The notes: a model not told the origin generated them from the letters alone. A stretch of DNA of 64,000 bases from Fistulifera solaris (GCA_030295235.1 AP026162.1:1240001-1304000), one strand, 5' to 3'; counted from the stretch's first letter, positions 1-14,509 are shown. Numbers and translations: made by a program.

Positions 1-1436
1 TTCCATCCAAATAATATTTCTCGGTCTTCTCGAGAAGTTCCCTTTCTGAAAGAGAGCGATGGTACTCTTCTCTTATACGATTTGACCCTGGAACAGCTTC
101 AGTTGCCTTTACAATCAACAAGTGAGCTTTTTCGATTTCTCCCAAAGCCATCAACGCCCGCCACATTCTTATCCAATTCTTATCGTACGATGGATCGTGT
201 TCAATGGCTTTTTCGCAATCCTCTATACAAGTTTCAAACTTCTTTTCTCTGAAAAATGTGACAGCTCGATTCGAATGGACATGTGACATAAGTGCTCTAT
301 CTTCGACACTTTGCGGGCGAAACGAATCCATCATGCGGATGGCTTCTGTGTACAGTTTTCGGGCCCCTGCAAAGTCACCTTTGTTGAACTTTGCATTTGC
401 TTGCTTTTTCAGCTTGTGTGCTTTGTCAATTAAATCATCAGTAAACCCTCTAGACTTAGTATCATTCGGTTTCTCATCACCTTCAAGATCGTCGTCGTAA
501 ATAGTTTCGAGCTCGCCTTCTGGTCCTCTTTCGCTATCCGTTGTCTCTACAAAATTGACCACTCCAGATTCACCGCAGAAGGCCATACTGTTGATGGAGG
601 TACCAAAATCATTCGTAAGCTTTCCAACAAGAAAGGAAGCATGTCCGTTCATGTCGAAGCTAAAGTCATCATCATCTTCCTCCTCGTCTAGGGGCGATGG
701 TGACTCGTCTTGAAATGGGTCGCCATTATTACTTTCTTCTGCTGCAACAGAATGTATCACCGATACGGGAGTTTCCGATATCTTTCGAGAAATCTTGCTT
801 GGCGGGGTGTCTCGTCTAGCATTTGTTGACTGTGTATTCGAACCCGAGTTCAGTTTCTTCCACCGAGGAAAGTGTGTAAGCTGTCCATCGATGTCTTTGT
901 TTCCATTTTCTGGCGCTGACTCATCGGAAGTATCCGTTGGAACTGTTTCCTCCCGTTTTTCCGATTTATTTTTTGTCTCCGGCTTCAAGAGCTTGTGATC
1001 ACTTCCTCGATCCGCGTGCATTGTGGCGTGCGACAAAAATTTTCCATAATCCCCCGTCCAGTTGCAATCGGCGTCTTCGTCGACACACTGCACCTGAACC
1101 AACGCCAGCACACGGTATGCTAAAGGCTGTGCTTCCGATAAAGGTCTTGCAGCAATCGATAATGTTCCGAATTCCATGCATTCCACGGAGGGGTCGCTCG
1201 AAAGGTCTCCCCTTGCAGACGGGACACGTAATTTGGTGCTTGCGTAGATTGCATTGAAGGGCCCAGCTCTCTAAACATCTCCGACAGAAGGGATGCGAGC
1301 AGCGGCTGGTTACAACCGCATCTAGAGAAGCCAAATTGGTGCAGATGACGCAAACAAAGGAACTGTAGTGCTTTTCGTCCGAAAGGACCTTTCTCTGATC
1401 GTAACCCGAGGTTATCTGAGACAGATCGAAACCCAT
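1..1436 (-). CDS. RING-finger plus TPR-repeat protein, 3' end runs off the window
   Basis: N-terminal C3HC4 RING (CVIC...CSHPFCRRC...CPVC). After one extra G in a G run near 1210 the frame continues EAQPLAYRVLALVQVQC...CNWTGDY, then an acidic linker and TPR-like helices (KQANAKFNKGDFAGARKLYTEAI...SNRAVTFFREKKFETCIEDCEKAIEHDPSY). Confidence 0.75.
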
Positions 1437-2026
1437 CGCGGATTCCTCACAACAGGCTTAATGCACTCTCGTGTGGTTAAATTTATTCAGTTACTACTCC
1501 CTGCCATTTATTGGAGCATTGTTGCTTTTTAGGTTTTTATAGTCTAGCTCTTCCCTTTTTCTTGTAAAGTCTTCGATGGGCAGGCGTTTTTGTTGTGGGC
1601 GTTGGAGGAGCAAGTTTCAACAACCAGAAAGCGGACATCGGACACTATGACCATGCTACTCGACGATACAGAGTATAGGCATAGTAAGTAAGAACATGGC
1701 CCAGAACCGGTATTCAAAGGTCACAACTACCGAGAACAAGAAATATTCGTACCGGTGGTACCAGGTAGGATCTAAGGCAAACTTACTTGTGATAGGGTAA
1801 TTGCAATTTGGAATAAAATCAGGGCAAACCTAAAGAATAATAAGCAGAATCGAGTTATAGGCGTTGAAACTAAGTTCAGGGAAGAAGTTGTTACTATTCT
1901 GGTGCTAAAAATGATGAATTAATGACCTAAGATTGGTTTTGATTTTTTTGGACTCCGCCTGAATTGGGGGAGCTAAGGCTGTGGGCGCCTGAGAAAGTTC
2001 GTCGCGTAATATCCTGTTTCGGCAAT

Positions 2027-4116
2027 CTATTTCATACTGATGGCTGCCACTATATCATCTGTCCCCATCAGCTTCCGAAGTTTCTTCTTTTTATGACTTG
2101 CGTCTCCTTCAGCTGCTTTCTTCTTCTTGGACGGAGAACTATCCGCTCGAATCATTTCGTCCAACCAGTCGCCTTTTCCGCTCTTTTTTCTTCAGCTGAC
2201 GCCGCCATTCGGTAGCCCCTTTCATTTCAAACTCAAGCACCAAGCATTCATCCAGAATATTCCTACCCATGCTTACGCCACTAAGCCTTTTTCTTCCCCT
2301 TCGCAAGCTCAGTCATGAGATCTTCTTGAGACCTCTCGTCCTTCAACGCATGGCATAGTTTCCTGACAACATGATGGCCAATTCGATCAACGGCCAAAGC
2401 AACCCATCGAGATGAAAGCTTCGAAGCAAGTCTCGACAAACCGGTCGCAAATACTTTGTCATAAACGGGGCCCTCAAGTAAGCCGTCAATCAAGCATCGA
2501 CTTCCCAGCCCGTCCTTACATATCAATTCAAGCACATCCAATGGTAGTTCCACGATACCGCCAATAACTTGTTTACACAACTTCGGATCAAACTTCAGCA
2601 AGAAGTGAATGCATCTGGCACCAGCTACATTCAGCATTAGTCTTTCTCCATCGCGTTGTGGCTTTTTTGCCTCGATCAGTGCTTCCACACATTCTTGAAT
2701 GCGTAGAGATGGTGCATTCTGCAATGTCGAGAATCCTTTACTTATGGCGTCATGAATCTTTTGTTGACATACATCAAAGCGCGCCGATGCTTCGATCATC
2801 CGCCAAAGCAAGCTTCTGAGTTTAGCAGTCGAGTCGAGAATGACGCCGTTCGTCACCAATGGTAATAGATTATCAATCAGAACAGCAGCCTGCTCTTCGG
2901 CGTGTGCAGTTGCAAGCAAATTTTCAACAATAAAATGGCTTACATGATGCTGGGCGTACTCTTGCAGTGTTTTCGCGGTTAAGAAATCTCCTGCCTCTAA
3001 GATACCAGCATAGAACTCAGCGGGGCTCAAAAGAAGTAAGGTCTCCAAACAACGAGAACCTGAGGGATCACCAGCTAGACCATATATGACGTCTGGCACC
3101 CATTGGTGCTTGTTTGCTGGTTCCCAGCACAATAAACGTTTTGCCAACAGATGTGCCGGTGACTCTGGCTCGAACGAAGGTTCGGGTCTTATGTTTCCAA
3201 GATGATGATCCAGCATCGATCGTTCCTCCCATTCCTTAAATCTGTCAGACCACTCTTCTCTACTGCAGTCGCGATACGTAAGGACACGAAGTAAAATACT
3301 CAATAAAGCCCCTGACCCTTGACAGGCAAAGCTTTGCAGGTCGCCTGGTGGGAGCACACAGTCTCCAGTTAACCCAGCAGTCATCTCATCTAGTGCTTGT
3401 GATATCCTAGCGTCTAAGCAATTTATGTGTGGTTCTTTGAAAAACAAGAGTCGAGTATCTCGCTGCTTCGAAGAATCATCAATGTCTTTCTTCTTTTTCT
3501 TTGACTTTCCTCGCCGAAATGGATTTCCGTTCACCTTTAATTCTTCCACTCCACCAAATACGCAAATGAGCGATCGTAGAACATGAGATCCACAAATATG
3601 CACTGCCAGATCTGCAGCGTCTTCGGCCAATTCAGAATGAAAATCAATCAGCAAGTCAATCAGTGATTCTTGATCGAGATCCGACAAAGGGGGCGCGTGC
3701 TCGTGCTTCGCCAGGTCGACCTGAGAAATACGTCCGATTTGCTGAAGAATAGTTTGAAGCAAATGCGACCCGTAACGATGTCTCGCAAGAAACATGGCGT
3801 AGCCTTTCGTTGCGGTCAACCAGGTACAAGCAGCATATTCCGAGAATGGCGCTGTGATGTGTACGAGAGTTTCGAGGACTTCAGCGGCCTGCTCGTCCCC
3901 GGCTAACGATGCGATTTCGTTTCTAACCTCTTCCAAAGCAACGAGTGCAGCAGCGAATCCGCTTGGAAACTCTTGTGACCCATCTTGCTCTTTTGCGAGG
4001 AAGGCATTTACTTCCTCTGTCGCGACCTGTACATCCAAAGGAAGCGAACGCAGATATGAAACTGTATCAGGATTCGGTCTCCGGGGACGATTATAATCGC
4101 TTTCGTTCCCTTTCAT
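2027..4116 (-). CDS. NOP9: Nucleolar protein 9-like (Pumilio-repeat ribosome biogenesis factor)
   Basis: 611-aa ORF with PDTVSYLRSL, HRYGSHLLQT, HICGSHVLRSL and DRIGHHVVRK Pumilio-like motifs. The C-terminus continues past apparent A-run frameshifts to a TAG near 2027. Confidence 0.75.
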
Positions 4117-4605
4117 GGTTATGTGCTGTTCGGTGCTGTTCAGGGAAAAGTCAAAGAAAAAATGGTGAACTGTAAGCTCTCATCAAGATCAATAAGATAA
4201 AGAAAACGAAAAATAATGCGGTTGGTGGCCGCGTTTCTTTTGATCAAACTGTACCTGGTAAAGAGTGTGCATAGTGATTCCAAATTCCATCATGTACTAT
4301 AAAGCCGAATGTAGGCGCGGCTTTTTGTGACTTAATTCAGTCCCGGAATTATCGGCGGAATTAGGAACACGCATGGCAGAGTTGAAGGTTGAAAAATAAT
4401 CGAAATCTATTCTGCCGCCTTATTATGCTACACGACCATGTACATTGTCATGATGTTTTGAAAATTGATTCGAATGAGGATCTATTAAAACATGGTTGAA
4501 GATATGAAACACAGATTTACTATTAGGTTTTAACAATTGGATCATCAACAAGATATAATGAACATTGGAACCTGTAGCTTGCTGCTTTAGAGTTCCTAAG
4601 AAGGC

Positions 4606-7600
4606 CTACGAGGTATGATAGAGTTCGTTTTGGGCTTGACGACGTCGATCGTCCATGAGTTGTTGTTGTCGATGCAGTCTTTCGTTTCTGTCACGTATTC
4701 TATCACAGAAAGGGACTGGACACGAGTCGGCGACTTCGCACGTCCGTGCGTGAATCGCACACAACGAGATAAGTCGAGTGCATATTCTGCAATCAGTGTT
4801 GGGCTTGATATCACAACTTCGTACGTGGTTAAACAGCTTCTTCATTTTCTGACAATTTTGAAGAGAACAAGCCGGAGCGCCTTGACAACCACCTGCGTGC
4901 TCTAGCAACGCACAATGCGCTTTAAGGGCTTTCTGGCGATCTTCCTGGCTCATTGCTGTGTCAATCGATACTTCCATATCAATGGGCGTAAAGGTGTGAG
5001 ACAGGTCGTGTTCGAAACGCGAGTCTCGCTTGGCCCATAGACCTGAAGTTACTGGCTTGTAGCAGTCCTCGCACAGGTCAAATTTCGAGCAATTATTACA
5101 GCTGTATCGAACACCGTGTGTTATGTCTCGGTAGCACGCACCGCACTGTTGAAGAAAGAGAGGAGCTGCTGGATTATGAAGCTGAAACAACACCATCATT
5201 GTCGAGTGCTTCGCCCTCCGTAATTCATCGAACTGACAGTGGCTACTTTGACAGTAATTGAGAAAGCGTTGACGCGATTCAAATAGCTCTACTTCAATCG
5301 GTTCGTCGGGATCAACCGTGTCCGTGACGTACTTTGGAGAAGAATTTACTCCCTCAAAATGGCGAGAAAGAAGTGGTTTGATCTCTTCAATACCCCGCTT
5401 TGCGAGGCGCTGGGAGTCCTCCACTGATAAATTCGGATCAATACTGATTTTATAAACCGCATCAAAAGAACTAACTTGCTCCTTCGAATATGCGATATCA
5501 GGATTCTTTTCTTCCTCAACAGCCAAGATGTCACTAGGTGCGGTCGGATGCTCACGATTAGAGCTAAGATGTGCTTCTGAATTTGCCGTAGAACTTGGCT
5601 TCGTATCAGCTGCTTCAAGTAGTTTATCGGTGACTACAGAATCTTTAGGAGACTCCTCCTCAATTTGATTCGGCGGCTGCTCGTCAATTTTCATTGTTTC
5701 AACACAATAGATCTGTTCTTTATTTGACACTTCTGAACTAGAGGAGTTCACTTCCCGGACGCTCGCAGGTAAAATAACTTGTTCTGGTGCCGCACCTTGT
5801 ACAGCAGCGTTGGTAAATGAAGTTTGCCCATTTTCATCTGCTTCGACTTGATTGGTCGCGCTTACAGTCTCTCCCGCTGAGATTGTAGTCACAGTATCAC
5901 CTTCACAAGCAATAGATTCGTCTTGGTTTCCACCAACCACATTGCCTCTCGATTTTAAGGTTTCCTGAGTTTCGTCACAGCAGGCATGCGAGTCATCGTT
6001 GTCACCTGCTGATGGATTCGCATCCGCAGCAACGCGATCAACGCCCTCTATAGAAGATCCGCCCGTCGCGTCGTTCTCCACTGCCACATTCTCATTTGCA
6101 AGGTCGGGACTAGCTTCGCCATCCACCGAATCATTTTCAAATTGTTTTGTGCCTGATTTGGACAAAGGAAAACCTTTTATGGATTCATCGTTACTCTCTT
6201 GGGGTCCAGTTTCGATCGCAACTTTGACTTCGGTAAGTTCCGGTTTAACAACAACTTTGTTGGAATCGCTACCTTCATTGTTACTGTTGTCGACTTTCTC
6301 TTCGTCGAATGTACCACTCTCTGTTGTTGTTTCAAAGTTGCAATCAACAGCCTTTGTCTCACCCTTCTCCTGTTTGTTATCATCCACCAGAACGCGGTTA
6401 ATTGGGTCGTCCTGGTTTGTCTGAGAGCTTGCTTGATCAAGTATATTATTGTCTGTGACAGGCTGGATACCAAGTGATTGTTCAATATCAGTAGTCACGC
6501 GCTGAGAAGGCACATTGCAATCAACGCTCAGAGCTTCGGTGTTTGACTTAATTCCTAGTTCGACTATTTCGTCCACTTTTTCGACCGTAGCCACGACAAT
6601 AGTTTTCGATTCGGTATCGTCTTCTTTAACAAAGATTGTTGTCTTCACCGGTTGTTCATCTACATGAGTGGCTTCTTCTGTTTTTTCTTGAACATTCCCC
6701 CCGCTAGGTGCGACATCGCCGTTTTCCGTCGGCGATGAAAACTTTTCTTGTACAGGCTTGATATCGTCATCAACGTCAACTTTTGTTTCCGATAACGGCG
6801 AGTGCATTCTCTCCGTCGCAGTAACGTTCGCCGTTGAACCAGAGTCTTTCTCTAGAATGTTATTATCATCAGCTAGTTGCGCTTCCGAAACTTGTAAAGT
6901 TTGTTCCTCGCCTGTTGAAACAGCAAGGAAGTCATCCTTTGCCATGGCATCTGCGCTTGGCTCTTCTTTTACAATCGAGCCAGCTTGTTCGAAGAGATCA
7001 TTTCGCGTGTGCAACAAGCCTGTGTCCTTGCCACTTATCTTCGCTCGCTTGCTACGTACTATTTCGTCGTCACTATCATCTTTGAACTCGGTCACGTCGT
7101 CGCCGCTTTCAACTGCAGCAGCGAAGCGTCTGCTTCTAAGATGGACAACGATGAAGTTGTCTTTCATTTGACGAAGATTAAAACCAAGGCGAGTCATTAC
7201 TGTGTCCTTCGCATTGGACTCTGGTATTGGCGTTTCCTTTTCTCTTTCCGTCTTTATTATAGTTTCAATCTCACCAGGAATGTAGTCTCCTTCGAAGTAT
7301 GGCAAGCACGTTGGTCGTCCTGTTGCCCACGGTACCGAATCGACGCCGCCTTCCACAAAGTACTCATCGTACAAGGTAGTCGTTCGAATCACTATGCCCT
7401 CTGCCTTCGCTCGATCCAGCATCCCATGATACCAGGCTCTGAGCATATCTTCACGTGGTATCAACTGGTGGGCAGGGTGAATGTGAAATATATAGTCGTC
7501 GCCCGGGGTTGGTGGGCAGCTCCAAATATGAGCCGTATGAAAGCCGCGCGCTTTGACGTAACGAAGATACTCAACCAGCACTGTGTGATAAACAAGCGTT

Positions 7601-10600
7601 CGATAACATTTCGGTTCAAAGTATTGAACTGAGTCTAGGTACGACACATACACCCGTCTGCGGTTCGGAGCCGGGGAATCATGACCGTACTCATAGACAT
7701 ACATGGCGAAAAGAAGGGTATCAGCCCCGTGAATCTTCTGAAATAAGGCAATACATTTTGTACGAACAGGGTAGTCCTTTGCACATCCCTCATCCTTATA
7801 ACGTCGCAGCATCTGCAATAAAAGAAAGGATAAGTTTACTCCATTATTGAAAGTGGATCGTAGACAGGTCAGTCTCACCTCTTCTCCAACAAAATGTCTC
7901 TTTTCGGTATTCGACACGACGCGGATTGACAAAGAATCTGCCTTCTCAACATCATCAACCGATAAACCGAGTTCATCCGACCGATCTTTATAGGCTTTCT
8001 CGAGAGCAGCTAGAACGCCATTTTCGATCGCTTCACTCATTTTGCAGTGAGGTAGATCAGCAGCAACCTTAATTTGTTTCGAGAAAGCCCTACCAATACT
8101 GCCTTTACTCAGATAGCAATTTGGACAAGTATACCGTGCACCAGTCTTGTTGACTCGTCCATTAAACAAGGAGCAAATCTGGTGAACCCAAGAGTTGCAG
8201 TGATCGCAATTGACCCAACCCTCCTCAGGAAGAGCATCATTTTTGCATTCCTGCAACTCAATCTTTCTCACTTCGGTGCCGTCGTCAAGCATGATGGGCT
8301 GATCTTCAGCAAGATGATGAAAGCATCCTTGGCACCAAAAGTTCTGCTTCGCCCGGTCAGTGTAGTAAGTTGCGTGTCGCTTGATTTCTTGCATTTTACA
8401 ATCGCCTTGACAGTATAGCACAGTCGGCTCAAATTTTCTATTCTGGTTTCCACAAAGCGAGCATAGTTCACCCTTCTTCTCCAAGTTCAAATGGGAAGAC
8501 TCAAGCTCTAAAAATGGTACTGAGCTTGTCTGCTTAATGATGAAAGACCCACCGCACATATTCTTACCTTGGATCAAAGCACGATACGCCAAGTGAAACT
8601 TATCCAGCATAGATTTCGCCAATTCCCCGACTTCACTACTTTCTCCGTTGTACAAAATAGCGTTTTCGAAAACGAGACAAGTGTCGCGGGCAAAAGATTC
8701 GGTATCGTTGTAAATTGCATTTTCCAGCTTTTTCTTAACGAGCTCAAGACACATGGGTGTTTTCACCACATCAAAATAGTCCGGAAGACCCAGTGTTACA
8801 GGATCTACAGGATCGTGAAACACCCAACCAAACTGATCGTCGATTAGAGTCTGGATTATTGGTAGGCACTTGTGTGTCACTGTTCGAGAAGACAGACAGA
8901 ACCGTTTATTCAAAGATTCAAGATGTTTCATGATCTCATCTCTAGACATCAAAGGAATAAGCGACGTTTCATCAAGCCCAGAGCCAAGTGAAGGGGTTCG
9001 CTCTCCGGAACTCGTCTCTGATGGTATACTTTCAGTTTTGGTGGTCGCCGCCCGCTTGGAATATTGAGGTGAGTCGTCGTCTGCTTCGCTGGGTCTTTTC
9101 TTTGAAACAGGCGGATTTATACCCAGCGTTTTCCCTTTTCCGCCCCGCCTTCCCTTGCCTCCGCTATACCTTTGCTTTGCTGGAACGGGCGACTTGCGTG
9201 ATAAAGTTCCTTGGTTGTGCCCCTCAACTATTGAACCAGAAGGTTGGACTCCCTGCACGTTACCTGGAGCCAAACTCATACTACCCTGTAAACCCTGTTG
9301 TTGTGTGATAAGCTGCTGCTGAAACTGCTGTTGTTGAAATTGAGCTTGTGCAGTCATTTGGTTCTGGTCAAGTTGCTGGTTGCCACTACCTGTCATAAGC
9401 ATTTTTACCTCTTGCTGTAACATAAGCTGTTGTTGTTGACACTTCTTTTGTAGGTGCCGCAAAAGCATTTGTTGTTGCTGCAGCTGCTGCGCTTGCGGTG
9501 AATTAGGATCTTGAATTTGACGACCATGCATTTCGAGTTGCTTTTGTTGCTTTTCAAGTTCTTCTTGCTTCTTTTGAAGTTGTTTCAGATTCTCAAGCTG
9601 CTGCTTCAATTTCAATTGCTGTTGCTGTTTCACCTGCTGCAATTGAACACCCTCAGGCGCTGAATTCACTAAGTTCTGAGGCGCGACTGGCTGCATAGAA
9701 GACTGCTGCTGAACAGGAAGCGGCTGCATGATATTTTGGTTCATTAAGCCCGTGGACATCTGCCCCACGCCTTGCTGCATTGAATGCTGCTGGTATGGTG
9801 AGTGAGACTGCTTCATTGAATCTTGATCTCGCGTAAGAGGATCATTGGTCATAGCATCAGTGTCTTTTTGATTGATTTTCATCATTACAGGGCCGCAGAC
9901 TTCGCAGCTCGCGGTCTTTCCATTACTCTTGCAGATACGGTAGTGGTTGAGGACGCAGCGGCTACTGACGCAGTGGGGCGTCTTACAGTTTTTATCCCTG
10001 CATGCCTTCATATGCCGCCATAACGTAACCATCTGAGAGCAAAATCTAGTTTGACATGCCGCGCCAGCGGTGCATTTACTGGCATGACGGAGCAATAACA
10101 GTCTTTGTTGCTGTTGCAAAATAACTTTCTTCTTTTGCATCGACGAATCCATGCCACCTGAAGCACCAGTTGTATCCCAAAATTGTGACGACTGCGTGTT
10201 CCAGTTTTGAGAATTTATCTGCGCGGAATTCAAAGTCTGACCCCCAGTATCACCCATCTGAGAAGGGCCTGACATCATGCTCGACATGGGCTGCTGTTGT
10301 TGAATCATAGAAGGTTGCATTTGTTGCTGTTGCGACAGACTCATTCCGCCCATCGGCAAAACGCCTGCGTTCAGTGGCATTGTAGTCAGGTTTGCATCAG
10401 CGCCCATACTGCTACCATATTCCGCGCTTCCACTGTTTGGCCAACTACTGTTTGTCTGAAATTGAGAAGACGTCTGTCGCTGCTGAAGATTTCCCATCAT
10501 TGGAGGCGCAGACGAATTTGCGCCCATACTACTACTAAAACTAGTCGAATGGTTCATTTGCCCGCCCAATGGATGCATATGAGATGGCAACTGCGACTGA

Positions 10601-12433
10601 TTAATGGGGGCTATTCCCATGGCTGAATTCATCGAGGTGTTCATTGGATCCTGAGTAGATTGAATCGAACTCGAGTAAATCGTGTTGTCGTTGTTGTTAG
10701 ATGTCTGAAACGAAGACCTGCCTTGACTTCGCCCAGATGGCATGGGCTTGGTCTGGTTCGACTGGTCCCCCGATTGTTGACTAGCAGACGACGACGGCCG
10801 ATGAAGTTCCAGTCCATGAGCGATTGCTTGGAGACGACGTCTTAACGTTCCGAAATCCATGTATTCTTCTTTAGTCTGCGCGGATCGGTAAAGGTGCTCT
10901 TCCAAACTTTTTGCCATGTGCGGAAGCCTGCGAAACGAACAAACATTAGATGCGGACTTGCGAACGACGATAGTGATGTCGGTCAATACTTACTTCGACG
11001 AAACACGGTCCGTATCGGGTCTCATGTGCCTGATAACTTCCAGAATTCGGAAAATCACCTCGCGCCGATCAGGGAGGTCTGCGTTAGACTGCCAGCCACC
11101 AGCAAAACTACCGTCTAGAAATGCTCTCTGATCCGAACTTCCGCTTGTACGTTGACTACTATTAGTATTGTCCTGTCTGTGATTTCCTGCATTTTGTTGA
11201 GAGCGCACAGACGAATCGTTGAGACCAGAATTGATTCCCAACAAAGGCGAGTTGTTGTACGAATGGTTGCCCCCTTGCTGACTCGAAACGCTGCCACCGC
11301 CACTAAACCTTGAGGGTTCTTGTTGAAGCAAGGTTTGATTCGTTAACTGTTGAGGCTGTTGCTGTCTCATGCTATCCGGTCCAAGTTGCGATGAATCTTG
11401 CATCGTCATCTGAGGGACTCTTAGTTGTTGGTCGTTAAACGTTCCCATAGCTAGTCCCTGCGGCATACTCTCCACTGAATTTTGACCTGGCATTTGCATT
11501 CTTGAAGTCATCAACCCTCCTCCGCTGAGAGACCCTGTCATGCCCACGGACTGCTGATGACCCATCGCCGAAGCCTGCTGCATCATGCCCATCATATCAT
11601 TACTATTACCTGATGCATTCATATGAGACAAGCCCTGTTGTTGTTGCTTCATTTGTTGATACATTTGCTGCTGCTGCGCTTGGAGAAATTCCGGAGACGG
11701 CGTAACAGATCCCTGGGGATTCGACACGCCATGCATTTGATTGCCTTGCTGTTGTTGCATCACTCCCATTCCCTGAGCATGATTCTGCATACCCGCCAGC
11801 TGTCTCTGTAACATCATCTGCTGTTGTGATTGAGCATTCTGATTTCCCAGCTGCGCCGCGGAACTCGAACTTATTTGCCGAATCGCCGCAACCGGATTCG
11901 GAATCTGTGGTTGCTGTTGTGCTAATTTTTGAGCTTGTGCTTGCTGCTGCTGTTGAAAAAGTACTTGCATGTTCTGCATAGAGCTAGAGGACGTATCGAC
12001 AAAGCCTTTTGTATTTCCCCCGAAGTTTCCCATTCCGCCTACTCCCATCGATGCCATTAAACGCGCCGAACTACCACTACTCGCATCCATTGGTGACTGA
12101 GACACGTTTCCTGCAGCCATCGCATTCCAATTAGCATTAACCGCCATCATATTGGTGTTTGCTTTCATACCGGCACCAGCAGTCATCATCGCGTTCGACG
12201 GAGTATTTCCTTGTTGATGCATCATAGAGAGAGCGGGGCTACTCAGGTGTCCGCCTTGTTGCCCAAAAAGCTGCTAATGGCTGAACATTCATACCGCCAC
12301 TACTAAATTGATTGCCTGACATCATTTGAGGTTGCGGAACATGCATCTGCTGCTGTTGTTGTTGAAGGAGGCGCTGCTGCATGTCTTGCAGTGACTGGCC
12401 GTTCATACCAGCCATTCCATTTTGGGACTGCAT
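4606..12433 (-). CDS. CBP/EP300: CBP/p300-family histone acetyltransferase (Q-rich N-terminus, KIX-like, TAZ1, bromodomain, PHD, HAT, ZZ, TAZ2)
   Basis: TAZ (QQRLLLLRHASKC...HCVSSRCVLNHY), bromodomain (WVFHDPVDP...YFDVVKTPM...NAILYN), KAT11 HAT (YVSYLDSVQYF, HIWSCPP..GDDYIF, PYFEGDY), ZZ (CNNCSKFDLCEDC) and TAZ2. Introns near 10930-10993, 8508-8567 and 7813-7878; apparent frameshift near 12240-12270. Confidence 0.93.
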
Positions 12434-13627
12434 TTCCCGCTTTTCGTTCCAAATATATCAAAGATGCTGCTTTGGAAGACAACGTGTTTTATTGTTAAGG
12501 ATCAAAGCAAAGGAAAGAAGGAGAAAGGGTGTATCACACGTGGCTTCCAGTTGTCGTTGCTCAACTGCTGCTACAGTACTTGGGCGTCTGCCGTTGCTGT
12601 CGTTGGGACTGGCGGAGGCGGAGACGATGCAGAGAAAAGTTGACGTGACGCATGGCAGAAGAGCGAGACAAACGCTGCAAAACACGGAGGTGCGGATCGC
12701 GGATCCGAGATCCGAGATACGTGAGACGTGAGAAACGGAAAATGACCGAATGTTCTTTGGGCCTTTACATTGGACGCCATGTTTTCACAGTCAAAAAGTC
12801 ATCAACGGACGCTCTTCAAAATTCTTGCGTACTATTCGTAGGACTGACACAACGACAACGACAAAGTGCTCATCTGTCTGATGACCACGATCCATGTTCT
12901 CCACTGTGGAAAAATAATACAGGACTACATTTTTTACTACAGTACATATTCAAACCGTAAATGTCTTTCGATTCGCGCATAAGTAGAAAAATTCTTATGT
13001 CGATATTTCGCATTCAACGGAAAGTGAACGGTTGAACTTTAGAATTTTACTACTACGTATCATTATGTACAAATTCTTGCGACAGATTCAATCACGAGTC
13101 TGGATTTAGCGTCATCCCTCTCTACCTACTACCTATAGCTCTAAGCAAGAATTCTTGGCTCTAAGGTCTTGAATCTGTGTCCAAGTAACTTGTAATCGCA
13201 ACAATCATGTCCATTCATACCGACAAGCAATTAAACTGATGTTTGGAAACCATTGGGAAATCAGCACTGGGTGGAAGCTATGCGCTATGAAATATAATGA
13301 CGATCTAGCGAGGGCTTTTTCCATTAAATCACAAATTTCATTAGTCCTTTCTTGAGATATTAGCTGTATCAATATTATTTCATGGATATAAAAGAACTGT
13401 CGGTCGTCTTATACAAGTAGTTATGATGAAAAGTGTTGTTTGTTTTTCTCCAAGACTCGCATTCAGTCATAAGTCAAGAATCGAATTGTTCGGACTTCTC
13501 CGTAATTAGTATTTCAATCTACCTGATATACTGTTGCATCTCGGTAGAAAGTAAAGGAAGGCTTACAGATTTATCTATAGTTGGCGTGACGCTAGAACCA
13601 CCAACCCCATTGCGGATCGGCGTCTCT

Positions 13628-14509
13628 TTATTGTCCCTTCTTTCCATCTACGAACCGTTCTTGCCACGCACTTAAATTTTGTCTCATGCGTCGATTTAGC
13701 TTGCACACACTTCGCTGAGGCCTAATTCCTTTATCAAAAGCTTCTTCCCAAGTTTCAAATAAACCTGCTTTGACCAGACACGCGCACATGACCGTCGTAC
13801 TTCTTCCACGTCCATGAGCACAATGAACCAGGATGTCTCCATTACCATCCTCTTTTGCTCGAACTGCGAAGTTAGCGGCTTCCTCTAGTTGTTCGGGCGT
13901 TGCCGGCACACCATCCCATGTCGGCATTGAGAGATAAGCAGGTGTTCTTTTGATTGTTGTCTCGGGGAACTCGACCGTGAGATCAATGACACCAGCCCAG
14001 TCTTTATTGAGCTCATGGCCATGGCAGCCACCAACCCACCATCCCGGTTGAACTTCAGTCGCCACAGGGCATTTGTGTGCGACAACACCGTTCTTTTCCA
14101 CAAGTTTTTTGTCTTTAAGAAGATGGAGTGCAGTGTAGAATTTTGTGGGCAAATGGAAGGGGAAGAAGAGATAGTAGGACCACTTGGGAATCTGTCCTGT
14201 TTTTCTGTCTTTGCCTATTATCCACATGCCCGACTCCAGTTTAAACAAGAGCGCAATAACCCCGTTGATCAACACAGAATAACCGAGTATGAGTGATGGT
14301 ACTGCTCGCCAGAGCGATACAGTATTCCCAGCCAAGGAGCTGCGTCCAGGTACTGTTAATAGCGACAACACAGTTTTCGCCGAGTATCCTAGCAGTTGCC
14401 ATGTCGTTAACGGAGATCCTTTATCGTTTTTCGAAAGGTAACTCAGTCCAGCGTACGACAAAGCCGATAAACCGACGTATTTGAGGTACACTCCGTGAAC
14501 GGTCCCCAT
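13628..14509 (-). CDS. Membrane-anchored dual-specificity/protein-tyrosine phosphatase-like protein
   Basis: CX5R active-site motif VHCAHGRGRS, upstream VIDLTVEFPE and PTWDG; hydrophobic N-terminal segments. Confidence 0.8.
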   Translation of the reverse strand: MGTVHGVYLKYVGLSALSYAGLSYLSKNDKGSPLTTWQLLGYSAKTVLSLLTVPGRSSLAGNTVSLWRAVPSLILGYSVLINGVIALLFKLESGMWIIGKDRKTGQIPKWSYYLFFPFHLPTKFYTALHLLKDKKLVEKNGVVAHKCPVATEVQPGWWVGGCHGHELNKDWAGVIDLTVEFPETTIKRTPAYLSMPTWDGVPATPEQLEEAANFAVRAKEDGNGDILVHCAHGRGRSTTVMCACLVKAGLFETWEEAFDKGIRPQRSVCKLNRRMRQNLSAWQERFVDGKKGQ

